Part shown: positions 15,201 through 23,581 of the stretch, in pieces
How positions within the stretch are numbered: position 1 is the stretch's first letter
How the letters are laid out: each line of letters opens with the position of its first letter
IMG/VR virus record: IMGVR_UViG_3300025652_000516
Location: 1 to 24,706 of that record
Reading direction: 5' to 3' (one strand)
Origin: a virus
Taxonomy: Duplodnaviria > Caudoviricetes
Length of the DNA stretch: 24,706 nt
The notes under the pieces: model-generated
The model's input: only the letters and a program-made list of their open reading frames with translations
The model's database searches: none
What the model was told of the DNA's origin: nothing
Program-made: the position numbers and the translations under genes

Positions 15201-18200
15201 TACCATCATTAAATGAAGAAAAATATACAAGTGAAGGTGATGTAAGTGACCTGTTTACACTTAACTCTTCAACAATATTATTATAATCTTCTTTAGACAA
15301 CAAACTCTTTAGTCTTGAAAAAAGTCTATTTTCACCAAACTCATCTTTTTTAATTTCTTTAAAATAAAAACTATCAAAATCGTATACAGAAGACTTGTCG
15401 TTTAATATATTTATATCATTAATCTCAAAAGCATCAAGTACTCTTCTTTCTTTTTGTTTGTAAGATACACCTTCATCCCCATAAAGATAATTAACATTAA
15501 CTTCAGGTCTTTCTAGCATTGTCAAAAGATATTTAATGTCTTGAAATGTAAGACCATTATTATCTCTTGTACCTTCCTTAATTCTTTCTTTTAAATGCTC
15601 TTCTAGTTCTTCTAATAAGTTTATTCCAGATACATTATCTCCTATTCCAGGAACATTACTCTTTAATATAATGTCTATCCACTTCTTAGGAGTCTTTACA
15701 TTGTTAGACTTTTTAGGTATCTCATACATATCTGATTTACCCTCCATAAAGTCTTTTTGATAGTTCTGACCTAATCCTTTAAGAACCAAATGTAATGATT
15801 CATCTAAAGGTGATTTGAAGTTTATAGATGGAGTTAATTTTAATGAGAATTTTACTCTGCCTTGATCGTCAATTTCATCTTGATTATAATTGTTTTTATA
15901 TACACTTCTAACCTGAGCTTCAGGATCAAATACAGCTATATTTTTGTATGTAGACTCATTAAAACTTTCTTCAACAAAGTAAGAATCAAATCCAAGTTCT
16001 TTTATGTAGTGAGTGTAATTTTCAATATTACCGTAGTTATCTGAATCCTGTATTTTATCTACAAAGTCATTCAAAACATCTTGAGTTTCTTGACTATCAA
16101 TATCAAAACCTTCATCAATTAAGTACTCAGCATGTGCTTTAGCGATTAATGAAATATGTTCAGTGTCTTCATAGTCCCATGTTTTTTCTGTCTTTAAATA
16201 AACAGGTATTACGTTATGTCCAGAAGTCATTTCATTTATCTCAGCATGATTCCCATATGAGTTACCTGCAAATAAATTAGCAAAATCTGAATTAGCTGTA
16301 AAGAATACACCTTTTGCTTTATCAGTTCTATCTTCAAAAGTTTCAAATTCAAATTTGGTTCCATGATAAAATACTCTAGGGTCTCCATCTGAGTCAACAG
16401 CATTAGACTTACCAAACCAATCCTTAAAACCTTTAGTTCCTTTAGGTTCTATACCGTTGAACTTAGCTCTATTAGATAAGGAGAATCTACCGTATTGAAG
16501 TTTACCTCCAGAGAAGTCATCTTTTACTTCAGGTACTGCATAACCTCCATACATAAATGTAGCGTATGCTGAAGACTCAGACTTTTCAGAAAGTAAAACA
16601 GGTCTTCTTCCTTCTTTCTTAGCTCTAGCTATCTCACTCATTGAGGCATAGTTAGGAAATACGTTTGTTATATTAGTAAACGTATCAAATATTCTAAAAT
16701 TAGCTCCCTTTATTGCAAATGGGTATCCAACATGATGACCTACATCACCAGGTTTAGTCTCAACAATTTCAGAGTCTAAATCAATCTCAATAGCTCCAAC
16801 TAGATCTCCTTTTTTAGCGTCAGAAATCATAGACTCATTTACAAACTCTAGTAGTTCTTTCTTTCTTCTAGTTACTTTTGTGTCTGAGTTAGGTAGCCCT
16901 AATTCTTTTAATAAACCTTCATTGATTAGTTTATCCATTATAATGTTTCTAGAACCAGTTCCTATAGTTCTTAGGTAGCTAGAAAAATCACTTAAACTTT
17001 TAAATTTCTTTTCAGGTAAACTTACTCCAGTATCTTGAAATGATTTTACAACACTATTTAATTCTACAATCTGATTAAGCCTAGCTGTAAGTTTTCTTTT
17101 ACCTATCTTCTTTTTATCAAGACCATTTTGTAATTCTTTTTCCATATACTCTATGAAATTTAAATTACCAAGTATACCTTGAGGTGCTTGAACCATAAAT
17201 ACCATAGTATTGGTACCGTTCTTTCTCAGTTTATTTAATTCAGTCTGAGCCTTTTCTCTAGTAGTAAATGCCCACCCTTCAGTGCCTTCTAACATTGGGT
17301 ATAAAATACCACCCATCATCATATGAGTTATACCAGTACTACTTGTTATTTGTCCTGCTGCTGACATATCAATAGCAGATACCATAACCTTTTGCCCATT
17401 AAGATCTATAATAGATCCTACAGGTACATCACTCTCTTTAAAGCCTTTTCTCTGTCTTAATGAGAACTTAGTAGAAAATCTACTTGGACTGACAGTCTCA
17501 TCTAAATCTACCTCACTGGTAAGAATTTCGTCACCATTTTCTGCAAGACCTCTCATTGACTTATTCATACTAATGGATAACTTAGTCTCTTCGTTTGTAA
17601 ATCCAAAGTCAATATCTTTATCCCCTATAGTAATACTCTCTCCTGATACAATATTTCTAGAAAAACTTTTTCTTATCTGAGTGTCAGACATATCACCTAT
17701 GGTTAATAGATCTAATGTTTTTCCTTCTCTACCTAATTTAGTCATAAGGCTTTTAACTCTGTCTTCACCAAACAACATGCTTAAAAACTCTTTAAGAATT
17801 TTTCTTATCTGACCTAATGTAGATAAATCATTAGAGAATTTAGCTGCTGCTGCATCACCTAACATTTCTGCAAAGGCTTCTTCTATAGCAGCTTCTTCAG
17901 CTTGTTTCTTTGTGAGACCTTGTGACTCAAACACTTCTTGATAAGTATCTTTAGCCCACTCTAAATATGACTTCGTTGAATATCTTCCTGTAGTCTGATC
18001 TTGATACCTTTTCTTTATGTTAGACTTTCTTACAGTGTCTTCAATTTTTTTATAAACTTTTTTTCCTTTTTTATTTTTCTTAAGAGATGCTACCAATGGG
18101 TGTACTATATCATGAAACATATCACTTAAAGTAAGATTAGCTGCATTTATATATACCTTACCGTCTGGAGCATAAAAAGCAGCAGATTTATCAGCAACCA

Positions 18201-21200
18201 TTTTTGCTGTAACACCTTTACCTAAGTTAATGTTGTTCTCAGTTAAATGATTATATAGATTTTGTTGAGTTCTAGCTATAACAAAAGGTATATTCCCATT
18301 CACAGAATTAAGTATAGATACTAGTGTACCCATAATTTTTTGCATAGTAGGAGAAAAATCTTTTATGTCTTTTGCAAGATCAGCAATATTACTTTTATTA
18401 TATTCCTGTACGTGAGACTTATTACCATCAGGTCTTATACCTATGTATTTAATTTCACCTTTAGAGTTTTTTATAGCAATAACTCCACCCTCCTTTAGTG
18501 ACTTAACACCTCTTACACGCTTTGCATTTTGAGTAGTACCATCAGAGAATAATATACCATTTTTACTAGAGTATGTATATTTTTGACTAAAGTCTCTAGT
18601 TAGTTTAAGTGCCTGATCTTTTGATATACCAGTTACAATAAACGAAGACTTTCTAACTCCGTCTTGAACAGATACAACTTTTTTAAAGTTTGCACCTATA
18701 GACTGAAGTCTAGATATTAAGTTCTTAACTTGTTTAGCCTCAGTATCAGCATCCGTCTTTTTATTACCTACACCAAGAACATAGTATCCACCATCTGCAT
18801 TAAGCTCTTCGTTTGTTACTTGATCTACCTCTGACTCGTCAAGATTATTTAATACCTTATTGTTATTTATTATATTTATATCTCCTTGTTTAGCCTTTGG
18901 ATTAGAGTTATTTTCAGCATTAAATTTTTCTAATAAAGATAGAGCTTGTTCGTATGATAATTGTGCAACGTTAACAACGCCTGGTTCAATGACTTGATTA
19001 CCTTTTAAAATAGAAGGTACACTTTGACCAATAGGCAAGTAAAGATATTTATTACCTGTATAATCATCTGTTCCCCAAAATCTGTTTATCTCTTCTTTAG
19101 TTGGAGGAACTAATGAGTTCATTGGGTTTCCTTGAGATCTAGTTGCATCAAATGCTCGCATCATATTTTTAAGAAGAGAACGAACATCAGGAGTTACATT
19201 TATAGCGTCTAAATCAAAACTTCTAAAGACTTTAACTTTAGGTTGAGTGTTCTTAAATTTATTAGGAGACTGTATTATTATTTCTCCATTCTCATACCTA
19301 AAACCTAGTCCATCAAACCCTTCTGTAAACTTAAAATCTTTAACTCTAATACCTTTTGATTTTAGAGCTTTTTTCATTTGATTCATTCTCTTTTTAGAAT
19401 TATCAAATTTAGACAAGAAAGGATTTGATCCAACATGATTATTTAAATCATTCATTGAGGCTTGAACCTCTTTCAGCGTATCCAGAAAATCTGTAGAATC
19501 TAATTCTACATCCTTACTTGTTATAGAGTTTAACTTGTTTATTGACTCATCAAACTTTCCTTGTAGCTTATTAAACTTGGTCTGAGCTTTCTGACCAGCC
19601 TTACTCATTAAACCATTATCAATGTTGTATAACTGTTCCTGCATTTCAGGATCCATAGAAGCATCTATAGTAATATCTTTACTTATAAGCTTCTTAATGT
19701 TATCATTGTTTGATAAGAAAGATAATACACCATTTCTATCAACCTCAACTACATTACCAGTAACACTATCTGTTATAGTATACTTAAAGCTTTCATTTAT
19801 CTTAGTAGAGTTAACACTATTATATGCAGTCTGAAGAGCAACCTTAGTAACACCTGCTCCACCCATCATTGCAAACATACCAACACCAGCCATATAAGAA
19901 TCAGATATTCTATTTACAACCTCACTAACAGATTCAGGTGACTTAACGCCTGTAAGTATATCTACACTAATATTAGCTGCCTCAGTAAAACCTTCAGACA
20001 TACCCTCTGCGTTAGCATTCCTAGCTATCTGTTTAAATACAGATTCTGCTATTTCTTTTCTTGCTTCTTTTTCACCTTTATTTTTTACAAATGACTTAGG
20101 CAGAGCCTTAAACATATCATTCATATTATCTAAGATGTCTAATGTTTTTTTCTCAAAATAAACCTCAACAAAACCATTAGCCATTGCATTAAATAACATA
20201 GCAGTGTCGCTAAGACCTCCTTCTACATTTCTAGCACTAAACTCTTCTAATTCATTTTTAGTCTGACCGTAGGCAGCAGCTCCCATAACACCAGCAGATG
20301 TCCATTTAGCAATAGATTTTCTTCTACTAGTACCTGCTATAGATTGGTATCTTTTAGCAACTTTATCTGCTAAACCTTTACTCTTTTTAATAACACTTTT
20401 TGGAATAAATTTACCTACAGGTATTTTATTAATTAAAAAGTTAGTAAATGCCATTTGAATTATTTGTGGAGCAGAACCGAATACTTGACCCACCAACTGA
20501 ATACCTGCATCAGAAATTTCTCCATTTCTAATAGAGTTCATTACACCAGGATACTGATAAACATAAGCTCTTTTTTGTGAATCTTTAGCAGTTTGAAATA
20601 ACGCATTTGATAAAGGTCCACCTTTAGACATATACTCATCGTAGTTACCTGTTGCTAACATAACAGGAAATTCTGCAGCATCCATCTCTCCACCAAAATG
20701 ATTTAAACCTCCTTCAGTAAATTTATCATACCATTCTCCCCAAACTCCATCCCAATTTTTTTGAGTCTCTTTTAAACCTTGCAAGTCTTTACCTGCATCT
20801 TCTTCTAAAAAGAAATCTGATATTATTATATCGTTGTCACCAGTTTTAAGACCTTCATTAAATGATAAACCATCAGCATTCTCAGGATTTTTTATAAGGT
20901 AATTCATAGCCTCAGCATAAGTAGATTCAACCTCTTCTTCTCCTATTTTTATTTTTATGTTTTCATTTCTAACATAACCCCAATTTAATCCTAAATCTTT
21001 AGATAAATTGTCATACATATCCATACCACCATTTTTTTCAATAGTAGTCTGTCTAATGTTTCTCTCTAAGTCTGTATGGTAATCTGTAAGAGCTTGAACT
21101 GATTGTTCATCAGTTTTTTTTAATTGGTCGTCTATAGATGCTATTTCACTTCCTAATTGTCTAGATCTTTTGTTTAATTCTACATCTTCATTATAATTAT

Positions 21201-21978
21201 CTTTATATTCTTCATCAGTAAGAATTTTATAATAAGTAGATAAAGGATAAGATTCAGAAACATCTGGGTAAATATCATCATCAGATCTACCAAATCCCAA
21301 AAGACCTGAAAGTGCATTTGAAAGTTCGTCATCGTTACTTCCAGATATATATCTTTCTTTTTGATTTAATACATCTTTTATTTCTTCACCACGAACAAAA
21401 GATCCGTCATCAGTTTCTTCGTACTGATAATACTTACCACTTTCTAAGCGTATATTTCTTTTTTCTAAATCTTTTTCAAATTGAAGTCCCCTAACTTCAT
21501 CTCTTTGTTTTTCAAGAGAAGACTTATTCTCTAAATTATTCTGTCTTACAGTATAGTCTACACCCTTCTTATCATAGTACTGAGATTTAATAAATTCTTT
21601 TTGATCCTCAGATAAATTAGATAAATCTAAAGGCTCTTGAGGTTGAGGAGTTGCCTCACCACTTTCTCGCTGTGATACAGCTTGATTAAGATACTCTTGA
21701 TCCGAAGAAGAAGGTTCTTCCGAAGATTGTAATGTAGTGTCCTGAGAAGTCCCCTGTATGGCATTGTCCCATATCGAAGGTTCTTTTTTTTTTACTTCAC
21801 CCCAAGCTGCCTGAAAAGTTTCTAAATCTGTAGTTGCAAACAATCCTTTCTCTTTACCTAAATTGTAAAGACTTTCTTGAATCTGTATATTTGATTGTTT
21901 AAATTTATCAATACTTGTTTTAGACGTAAGTAATCCATTGTCTAAATATAGTTGATACAAACTATCTAACTTATCCAT
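9283..21978 (-). CDS. Giant (4231 aa) polyvalent virion/ejection protein
   Basis: Uninterrupted ORF. C-terminal region with THFRN, EDD.FK and AA..VR.T.PNY..VP...P.VG.F.SF.AE motifs that I associate with large podovirus internal virion/DNA-transfer proteins. Internal ART-like, zincin-like and other polyvalent-protein domains. Confidence 0.85.
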   Translation of the reverse strand: MDKLDSLYQLYLDNGLLTSKTSIDKFKQSNIQIQESLYNLGKEKGLFATTDLETFQAAWGEVKKKEPSIWDNAIQGTSQDTTLQSSEEPSSSDQEYLNQAVSQRESGEATPQPQEPLDLSNLSEDQKEFIKSQYYDKKGVDYTVRQNNLENKSSLEKQRDEVRGLQFEKDLEKRNIRLESGKYYQYEETDDGSFVRGEEIKDVLNQKERYISGSNDDELSNALSGLLGFGRSDDDIYPDVSESYPLSTYYKILTDEEYKDNYNEDVELNKRSRQLGSEIASIDDQLKKTDEQSVQALTDYHTDLERNIRQTTIEKNGGMDMYDNLSKDLGLNWGYVRNENIKIKIGEEEVESTYAEAMNYLIKNPENADGLSFNEGLKTGDNDIIISDFFLEEDAGKDLQGLKETQKNWDGVWGEWYDKFTEGGLNHFGGEMDAAEFPVMLATGNYDEYMSKGGPLSNALFQTAKDSQKRAYVYQYPGVMNSIRNGEISDAGIQLVGQVFGSAPQIIQMAFTNFLINKIPVGKFIPKSVIKKSKGLADKVAKRYQSIAGTSRRKSIAKWTSAGVMGAAAYGQTKNELEEFSARNVEGGLSDTAMLFNAMANGFVEVYFEKKTLDILDNMNDMFKALPKSFVKNKGEKEARKEIAESVFKQIARNANAEGMSEGFTEAANISVDILTGVKSPESVSEVVNRISDSYMAGVGMFAMMGGAGVTKVALQTAYNSVNSTKINESFKYTITDSVTGNVVEVDRNGVLSFLSNNDNIKKLISKDITIDASMDPEMQEQLYNIDNGLMSKAGQKAQTKFNKLQGKFDESINKLNSITSKDVELDSTDFLDTLKEVQASMNDLNNHVGSNPFLSKFDNSKKRMNQMKKALKSKGIRVKDFKFTEGFDGLGFRYENGEIIIQSPNKFKNTQPKVKVFRSFDLDAINVTPDVRSLLKNMMRAFDATRSQGNPMNSLVPPTKEEINRFWGTDDYTGNKYLYLPIGQSVPSILKGNQVIEPGVVNVAQLSYEQALSLLEKFNAENNSNPKAKQGDINIINNNKVLNNLDESEVDQVTNEELNADGGYYVLGVGNKKTDADTEAKQVKNLISRLQSIGANFKKVVSVQDGVRKSSFIVTGISKDQALKLTRDFSQKYTYSSKNGILFSDGTTQNAKRVRGVKSLKEGGVIAIKNSKGEIKYIGIRPDGNKSHVQEYNKSNIADLAKDIKDFSPTMQKIMGTLVSILNSVNGNIPFVIARTQQNLYNHLTENNINLGKGVTAKMVADKSAAFYAPDGKVYINAANLTLSDMFHDIVHPLVASLKKNKKGKKVYKKIEDTVRKSNIKKRYQDQTTGRYSTKSYLEWAKDTYQEVFESQGLTKKQAEEAAIEEAFAEMLGDAAAAKFSNDLSTLGQIRKILKEFLSMLFGEDRVKSLMTKLGREGKTLDLLTIGDMSDTQIRKSFSRNIVSGESITIGDKDIDFGFTNEETKLSISMNKSMRGLAENGDEILTSEVDLDETVSPSRFSTKFSLRQRKGFKESDVPVGSIIDLNGQKVMVSAIDMSAAGQITSSTGITHMMMGGILYPMLEGTEGWAFTTREKAQTELNKLRKNGTNTMVFMVQAPQGILGNLNFIEYMEKELQNGLDKKKIGKRKLTARLNQIVELNSVVKSFQDTGVSLPEKKFKSLSDFSSYLRTIGTGSRNIIMDKLINEGLLKELGLPNSDTKVTRRKKELLEFVNESMISDAKKGDLVGAIEIDLDSEIVETKPGDVGHHVGYPFAIKGANFRIFDTFTNITNVFPNYASMSEIARAKKEGRRPVLLSEKSESSAYATFMYGGYAVPEVKDDFSGGKLQYGRFSLSNRAKFNGIEPKGTKGFKDWFGKSNAVDSDGDPRVFYHGTKFEFETFEDRTDKAKGVFFTANSDFANLFAGNSYGNHAEINEMTSGHNVIPVYLKTEKTWDYEDTEHISLIAKAHAEYLIDEGFDIDSQETQDVLNDFVDKIQDSDNYGNIENYTHYIKELGFDSYFVEESFNESTYKNIAVFDPEAQVRSVYKNNYNQDEIDDQGRVKFSLKLTPSINFKSPLDESLHLVLKGLGQNYQKDFMEGKSDMYEIPKKSNNVKTPKKWIDIILKSNVPGIGDNVSGINLLEELEEHLKERIKEGTRDNNGLTFQDIKYLLTMLERPEVNVNYLYGDEGVSYKQKERRVLDAFEINDINILNDKSSVYDFDSFYFKEIKKDEFGENRLFSRLKSLLSKEDYNNIVEELSVNRSLTSPSLVYFSSFNDGRSFPFEVDLFDAIYQHTIDSFNASKISSLQVESLRYGDLAEVIAEFVQIRRGINDESTQEGIQELLTSVGFDDILIDRAIFNNLGFEIMKSDFYRQSPSKKLIIKLKDVVELYFPQAEYEDYNMSRSDIDQGPNYREIVLTHPNPINTSNLYASQGHFPKYKPVLGWARIDDRTDSDGNKIMFIREVQSDWQQRINKEERRQFEYKIDEWKSRNGIKNLNDFIGPKTKAPKRSDVNATNRLSERGEARLSAKIDAKIDEQKNIKREIELIGDVLSSSNQTVKEYKSNLKIRTALRQKNRDIENDIRDMKMQLNRGTMGNITYMPWGTVAKSNGLIMRTLLNIAAKEGYDYITFPSGEIVRSIQGWSQDSNSAIIYEETLPSIGMSQIDKVSNQSTKSNKDNLTELTNDGMVLASNLKVNPKAPRKSFKLKKGSKLTADEIRAIQSDDSIQNVNMKQGLVDINLTNLYSEKDDVGSFEPIHAGINYIDLDMISSYFNDMLEDLSLVNIEKQEDIDFIDSELRDKIRSYERLIQKEQELLVEEGEVSSSELSSLNDSLFIVESAYQGDNLGYKILAVADFAREKYIKRLKEEEEFYNRLNSTFKQSFKESEWGSANSSMWSFYLKAQSITSSDTIILSYLNDWTKNNININLFVDNNSDFFDSYTKRRVGVQDYFGINKINNRADRDSVKKSQFIKDNFELIETAKEEGKPLKSIPVRPFADNINKSGGVSKFSLSKNDKVVMSPNQAKALNNSYFELSDFYDYFDVKDGVLNIFGYNQSGVGIINPTVEPVSGYAETKMKTWARPRLHFNLNENDDDRIITEGEKNKGMFPMDRLYPLDLDPLDIKSMVEHNISKFKEQGNRFVSTLNFNTDNPQYLNISIDKIKSAIDDSDLGDDVNIMSVIQNDDGLSVQLNYGINPEQVQEILDDNCDEIETEEVSAEDIQYNEQEETAKVAESAGFQGFIYDQDGEGMVEIWEPVQSNPTTRFSLVNNKEKTMYVSDSMGFLFDLKTSLINQDYKLGKFLSGLRYFGSRIKLDSDKKGLTKSEIDKGSKLYDSTRRYDIRASKILFKPAGQHTNMDIKNLMIYAKGSANRELFIANSNAKKLQQVIKEITSEIKETDAYKNADKAKQKQLIADVVGHDKIQLLLTNKSARKVEGNPKLLNVINEMVNHVTSLSTILLDEGLVSGPLALTIDANKGIYLHRKYKLYGSKSYSPTEEVREKAILFMVSELQGKKKYEGKPVEELYDVAKKKIDTILRKESGSLDYFGGGFANALTSDVSIFKARNTNLPKEIRDLLGEVVDPFNNYLTTVSKISNNIASERMYEELLDIGLGDFIMPPMDEDANLPQGESSKFSGNKLKGSKWGALEGYFVDNEMYNVLNEFDESVLSAANSDLMRKYLQVSLLGKKFKTIWSLGTHFRNVIGNTSFVLMNGHVATNGVMFKDAINMIKFIAYDNSNPQLQELYEAAITLGVVNTNAFLQEINSIANQLDGAGYDINEYIRKNEDATGIEKAKDLIKGGVKGTDKFLTKAYQVEDDVFKFLAFATEINRYKEAGFPEDLARRQAAINVRGTYPNYDEVPAFIRSIGRFPLVGTFVSFQAETWRCSLNALRLANEEMNSNNPKLKSLGSKRMASALAGLVITESVQTALIMGGYGLSQAIMSAFRDDEEEEEFDMSLKERSDFEMDQHIERIIAEWDRNSKNTVLSRGTMIDMDPKSPFYRQEVPYIEYINMSKMSGTGFIRDTFRVMMKGFESEEGLESFTRVVKQIYEPFLSIDMTTSAIKEVIENRNNRIYNESDDPLTKMFKGVMYVAQVIGPSTINQAAKLAEIAATTDTNRSVDTEMLAMLGLRITKLMPYTSSKFDYTSTYRKMKELSQGEEGLIDKISTPFKNRVKFSLSSESDTKKRYRDPDNNLFDSDFEREFRDMVKITKGVRKAGGRGVDIINIMTGSNVKMPKWLAYEILNTADYELAN
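15853..16476 (-). other. ADP-ribosyltransferase-like domain (ART-PolyVal type) within the giant protein
   Basis: FKDWFG.S..VD.DG.P..FYHGT (YHGT at 16357-16368), GVFFT, V.PVYL, GFD, IAVFDP..QVRS. Confidence 0.8.
17800..18330 (-). other. Zincin-like metallopeptidase domain (MPTase-PolyVal-like) with HDxxH
   Basis: AAFY...G.VYIN......FHDIVH (HDIVH at 18100-18114) and downstream EEAFAE (17866-17883). Boundaries approximate. Confidence 0.6.
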
Positions 21979-21996
21979 TTTTTTTGTTTTTTATTT

Positions 21997-23580
21997 TTAA
22001 TCAAAAAGATTGTCTCCAGGAGCACCTCCTGATGTTGGTACAGCAGAAGCACCTCCTCCTGCGTTTAAGAATATATAATAACCCTTTGATGGTTTTTTAC
22101 CTTTCGTACCTGTATATACACTTTTAATCTGAGAAGTTATGTTTTCAAGAGGAACTACAAATTGTTTGCCTCCTTCTACAGTAACAATAGCTATAGACTT
22201 ACCTTCTTTATTTAAAGTTAAAGTAGCTACTGTAGCTTCTGCAGTTAATTGACCTATAGTTTTATTTATTTTATCTTGATCACCTGCTGCTTTATCTATC
22301 TTATATTGTTCAGGACCAGATTTAGAACTTGTGGCTGGATAAAATTTGTTTGCTAAATACTCTTCAAGTGCTAAGTAATTAGTACCACTATTATCTATTG
22401 TACCAAGACTTAATTCAATTTTATCTCCTCCTCCAGCGTCTTGTATCTTTGTATTCCAAGCTATGCCATTTACAATAGAAGTATCTGTAAATCCAGCAGG
22501 ATCATTATCGTCAAGGATTTTTTGATATTCAGGAGTCATTTCAAAATATTCCTGACCTCTCTCTTCTTTAGGTTTTGATTCAGATCTTTTTTCTGCAGGT
22601 ATATTCTCCTCCATTAAAGCATTAGTAAGCCAGTTAGCATATCTGTCTGACATTTCTTTATCAAAATTCTCATTTACAGTTTCAGCTACACCATCACCAT
22701 CTAAATCTAGCTTAGGTAGTAATTTGCTTTTTTCCTCATCAGAAACCATGTCTATGTCTTCCTCTTGAGCAAAAAAAACATCCATAGCATTTGATGTAGT
22801 TTCTTCACCATCAGAGTTTACAACAGTGAGATCTGAGTTCATGTATAACATCTTAAAAGCATTATCCTTCCAAGTGCTATTACTATCTACTCTCATCTTT
22901 TTAGACGTAATAGATACTTGTTTATTTATCTGTTCTTGAGTAAGTTTTACCTTATTCACGTCTCCATCATAAAAAGAAGACTCTCTTTCAAGTAGTGATT
23001 CAACAACAAGACCCATAGTATTAGGATCTGTTTTATTAATTATATTGTCTATATCAACATTATGTAAAGAGATAGCCTCCTCAAAACTCATACCCCCAGA
23101 TAAATCATCAAGAAATTTTTGTTCTTCAAACTCATAATATAAGCTGCCATCATCGGTAGTTTTATATGCTTTTGTTTTGTTTTGAAGTTTTTGTTCGTTG
23201 TATGTATTTAATAAATTTGCTCTATTAACTGCTTGATTAACATTGTTTCTAAAATCTCGTTTTAATTGTCTAAGTTGAACTGCCTCAGGTCCGTTTGGGT
23301 TATCTTGTATAGCATCTGAATTTTCTGTAGTAAAAGCATCTATATCAGATTGCCTTTGAGAAAAATAATTACTATATCTTTCAGCACCCTGAGTAGATAA
23401 CTCCTCGTAAGATAATTGATTGTTTTTCTTCCTAGCATCTTTTCTCTTAAGAGCTAACTCTTCTTTTTGTATATTAAGCTGTTCTTGCTGAATATAAAGT
23501 TGCTGTCTAGATGCTTCCTCTTCTTGAAGATTTCTAGTATTCTTAAGAACATCTCCTGTAAAAAATAAACCTTTTGACAT
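21997..23580 (-). CDS. Probable internal virion/ejection protein (527 aa)
   Basis: Gln/Glu-rich coiled-coil N-terminus; lies between the pilot-like gene and the giant gene. Confidence 0.6.
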   Translation of the reverse strand: MSKGLFFTGDVLKNTRNLQEEEASRQQLYIQQEQLNIQKEELALKRKDARKKNNQLSYEELSTQGAERYSNYFSQRQSDIDAFTTENSDAIQDNPNGPEAVQLRQLKRDFRNNVNQAVNRANLLNTYNEQKLQNKTKAYKTTDDGSLYYEFEEQKFLDDLSGGMSFEEAISLHNVDIDNIINKTDPNTMGLVVESLLERESSFYDGDVNKVKLTQEQINKQVSITSKKMRVDSNSTWKDNAFKMLYMNSDLTVVNSDGEETTSNAMDVFFAQEEDIDMVSDEEKSKLLPKLDLDGDGVAETVNENFDKEMSDRYANWLTNALMEENIPAEKRSESKPKEERGQEYFEMTPEYQKILDDNDPAGFTDTSIVNGIAWNTKIQDAGGGDKIELSLGTIDNSGTNYLALEEYLANKFYPATSSKSGPEQYKIDKAAGDQDKINKTIGQLTAEATVATLTLNKEGKSIAIVTVEGGKQFVVPLENITSQIKSVYTGTKGKKPSKGYYIFLNAGGGASAVPTSGGAPGDNLFD

Positions 23581-23581
23581 A

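Noticed and set aside
16096-16110. GFDID resembling the DFDID motif of crAss-like virion RNA polymerases
   Set aside because: The first Asp is missing and the motif lies in a variable insert of the ART domain.
12557-21494. Plus-strand ORFs inside the giant gene (12557, 14348, 15862, 19622, 21312)
   Set aside because: Antisense shadows of the 4231-aa ORF, with Ser/Leu/Ile/Phe-rich composition typical of reverse frames.
22693-22707. DLDGD as a two-barrel RNA polymerase catalytic motif
   Set aside because: No surrounding double-psi barrel motifs; the context fits a DxDxDG loop better.
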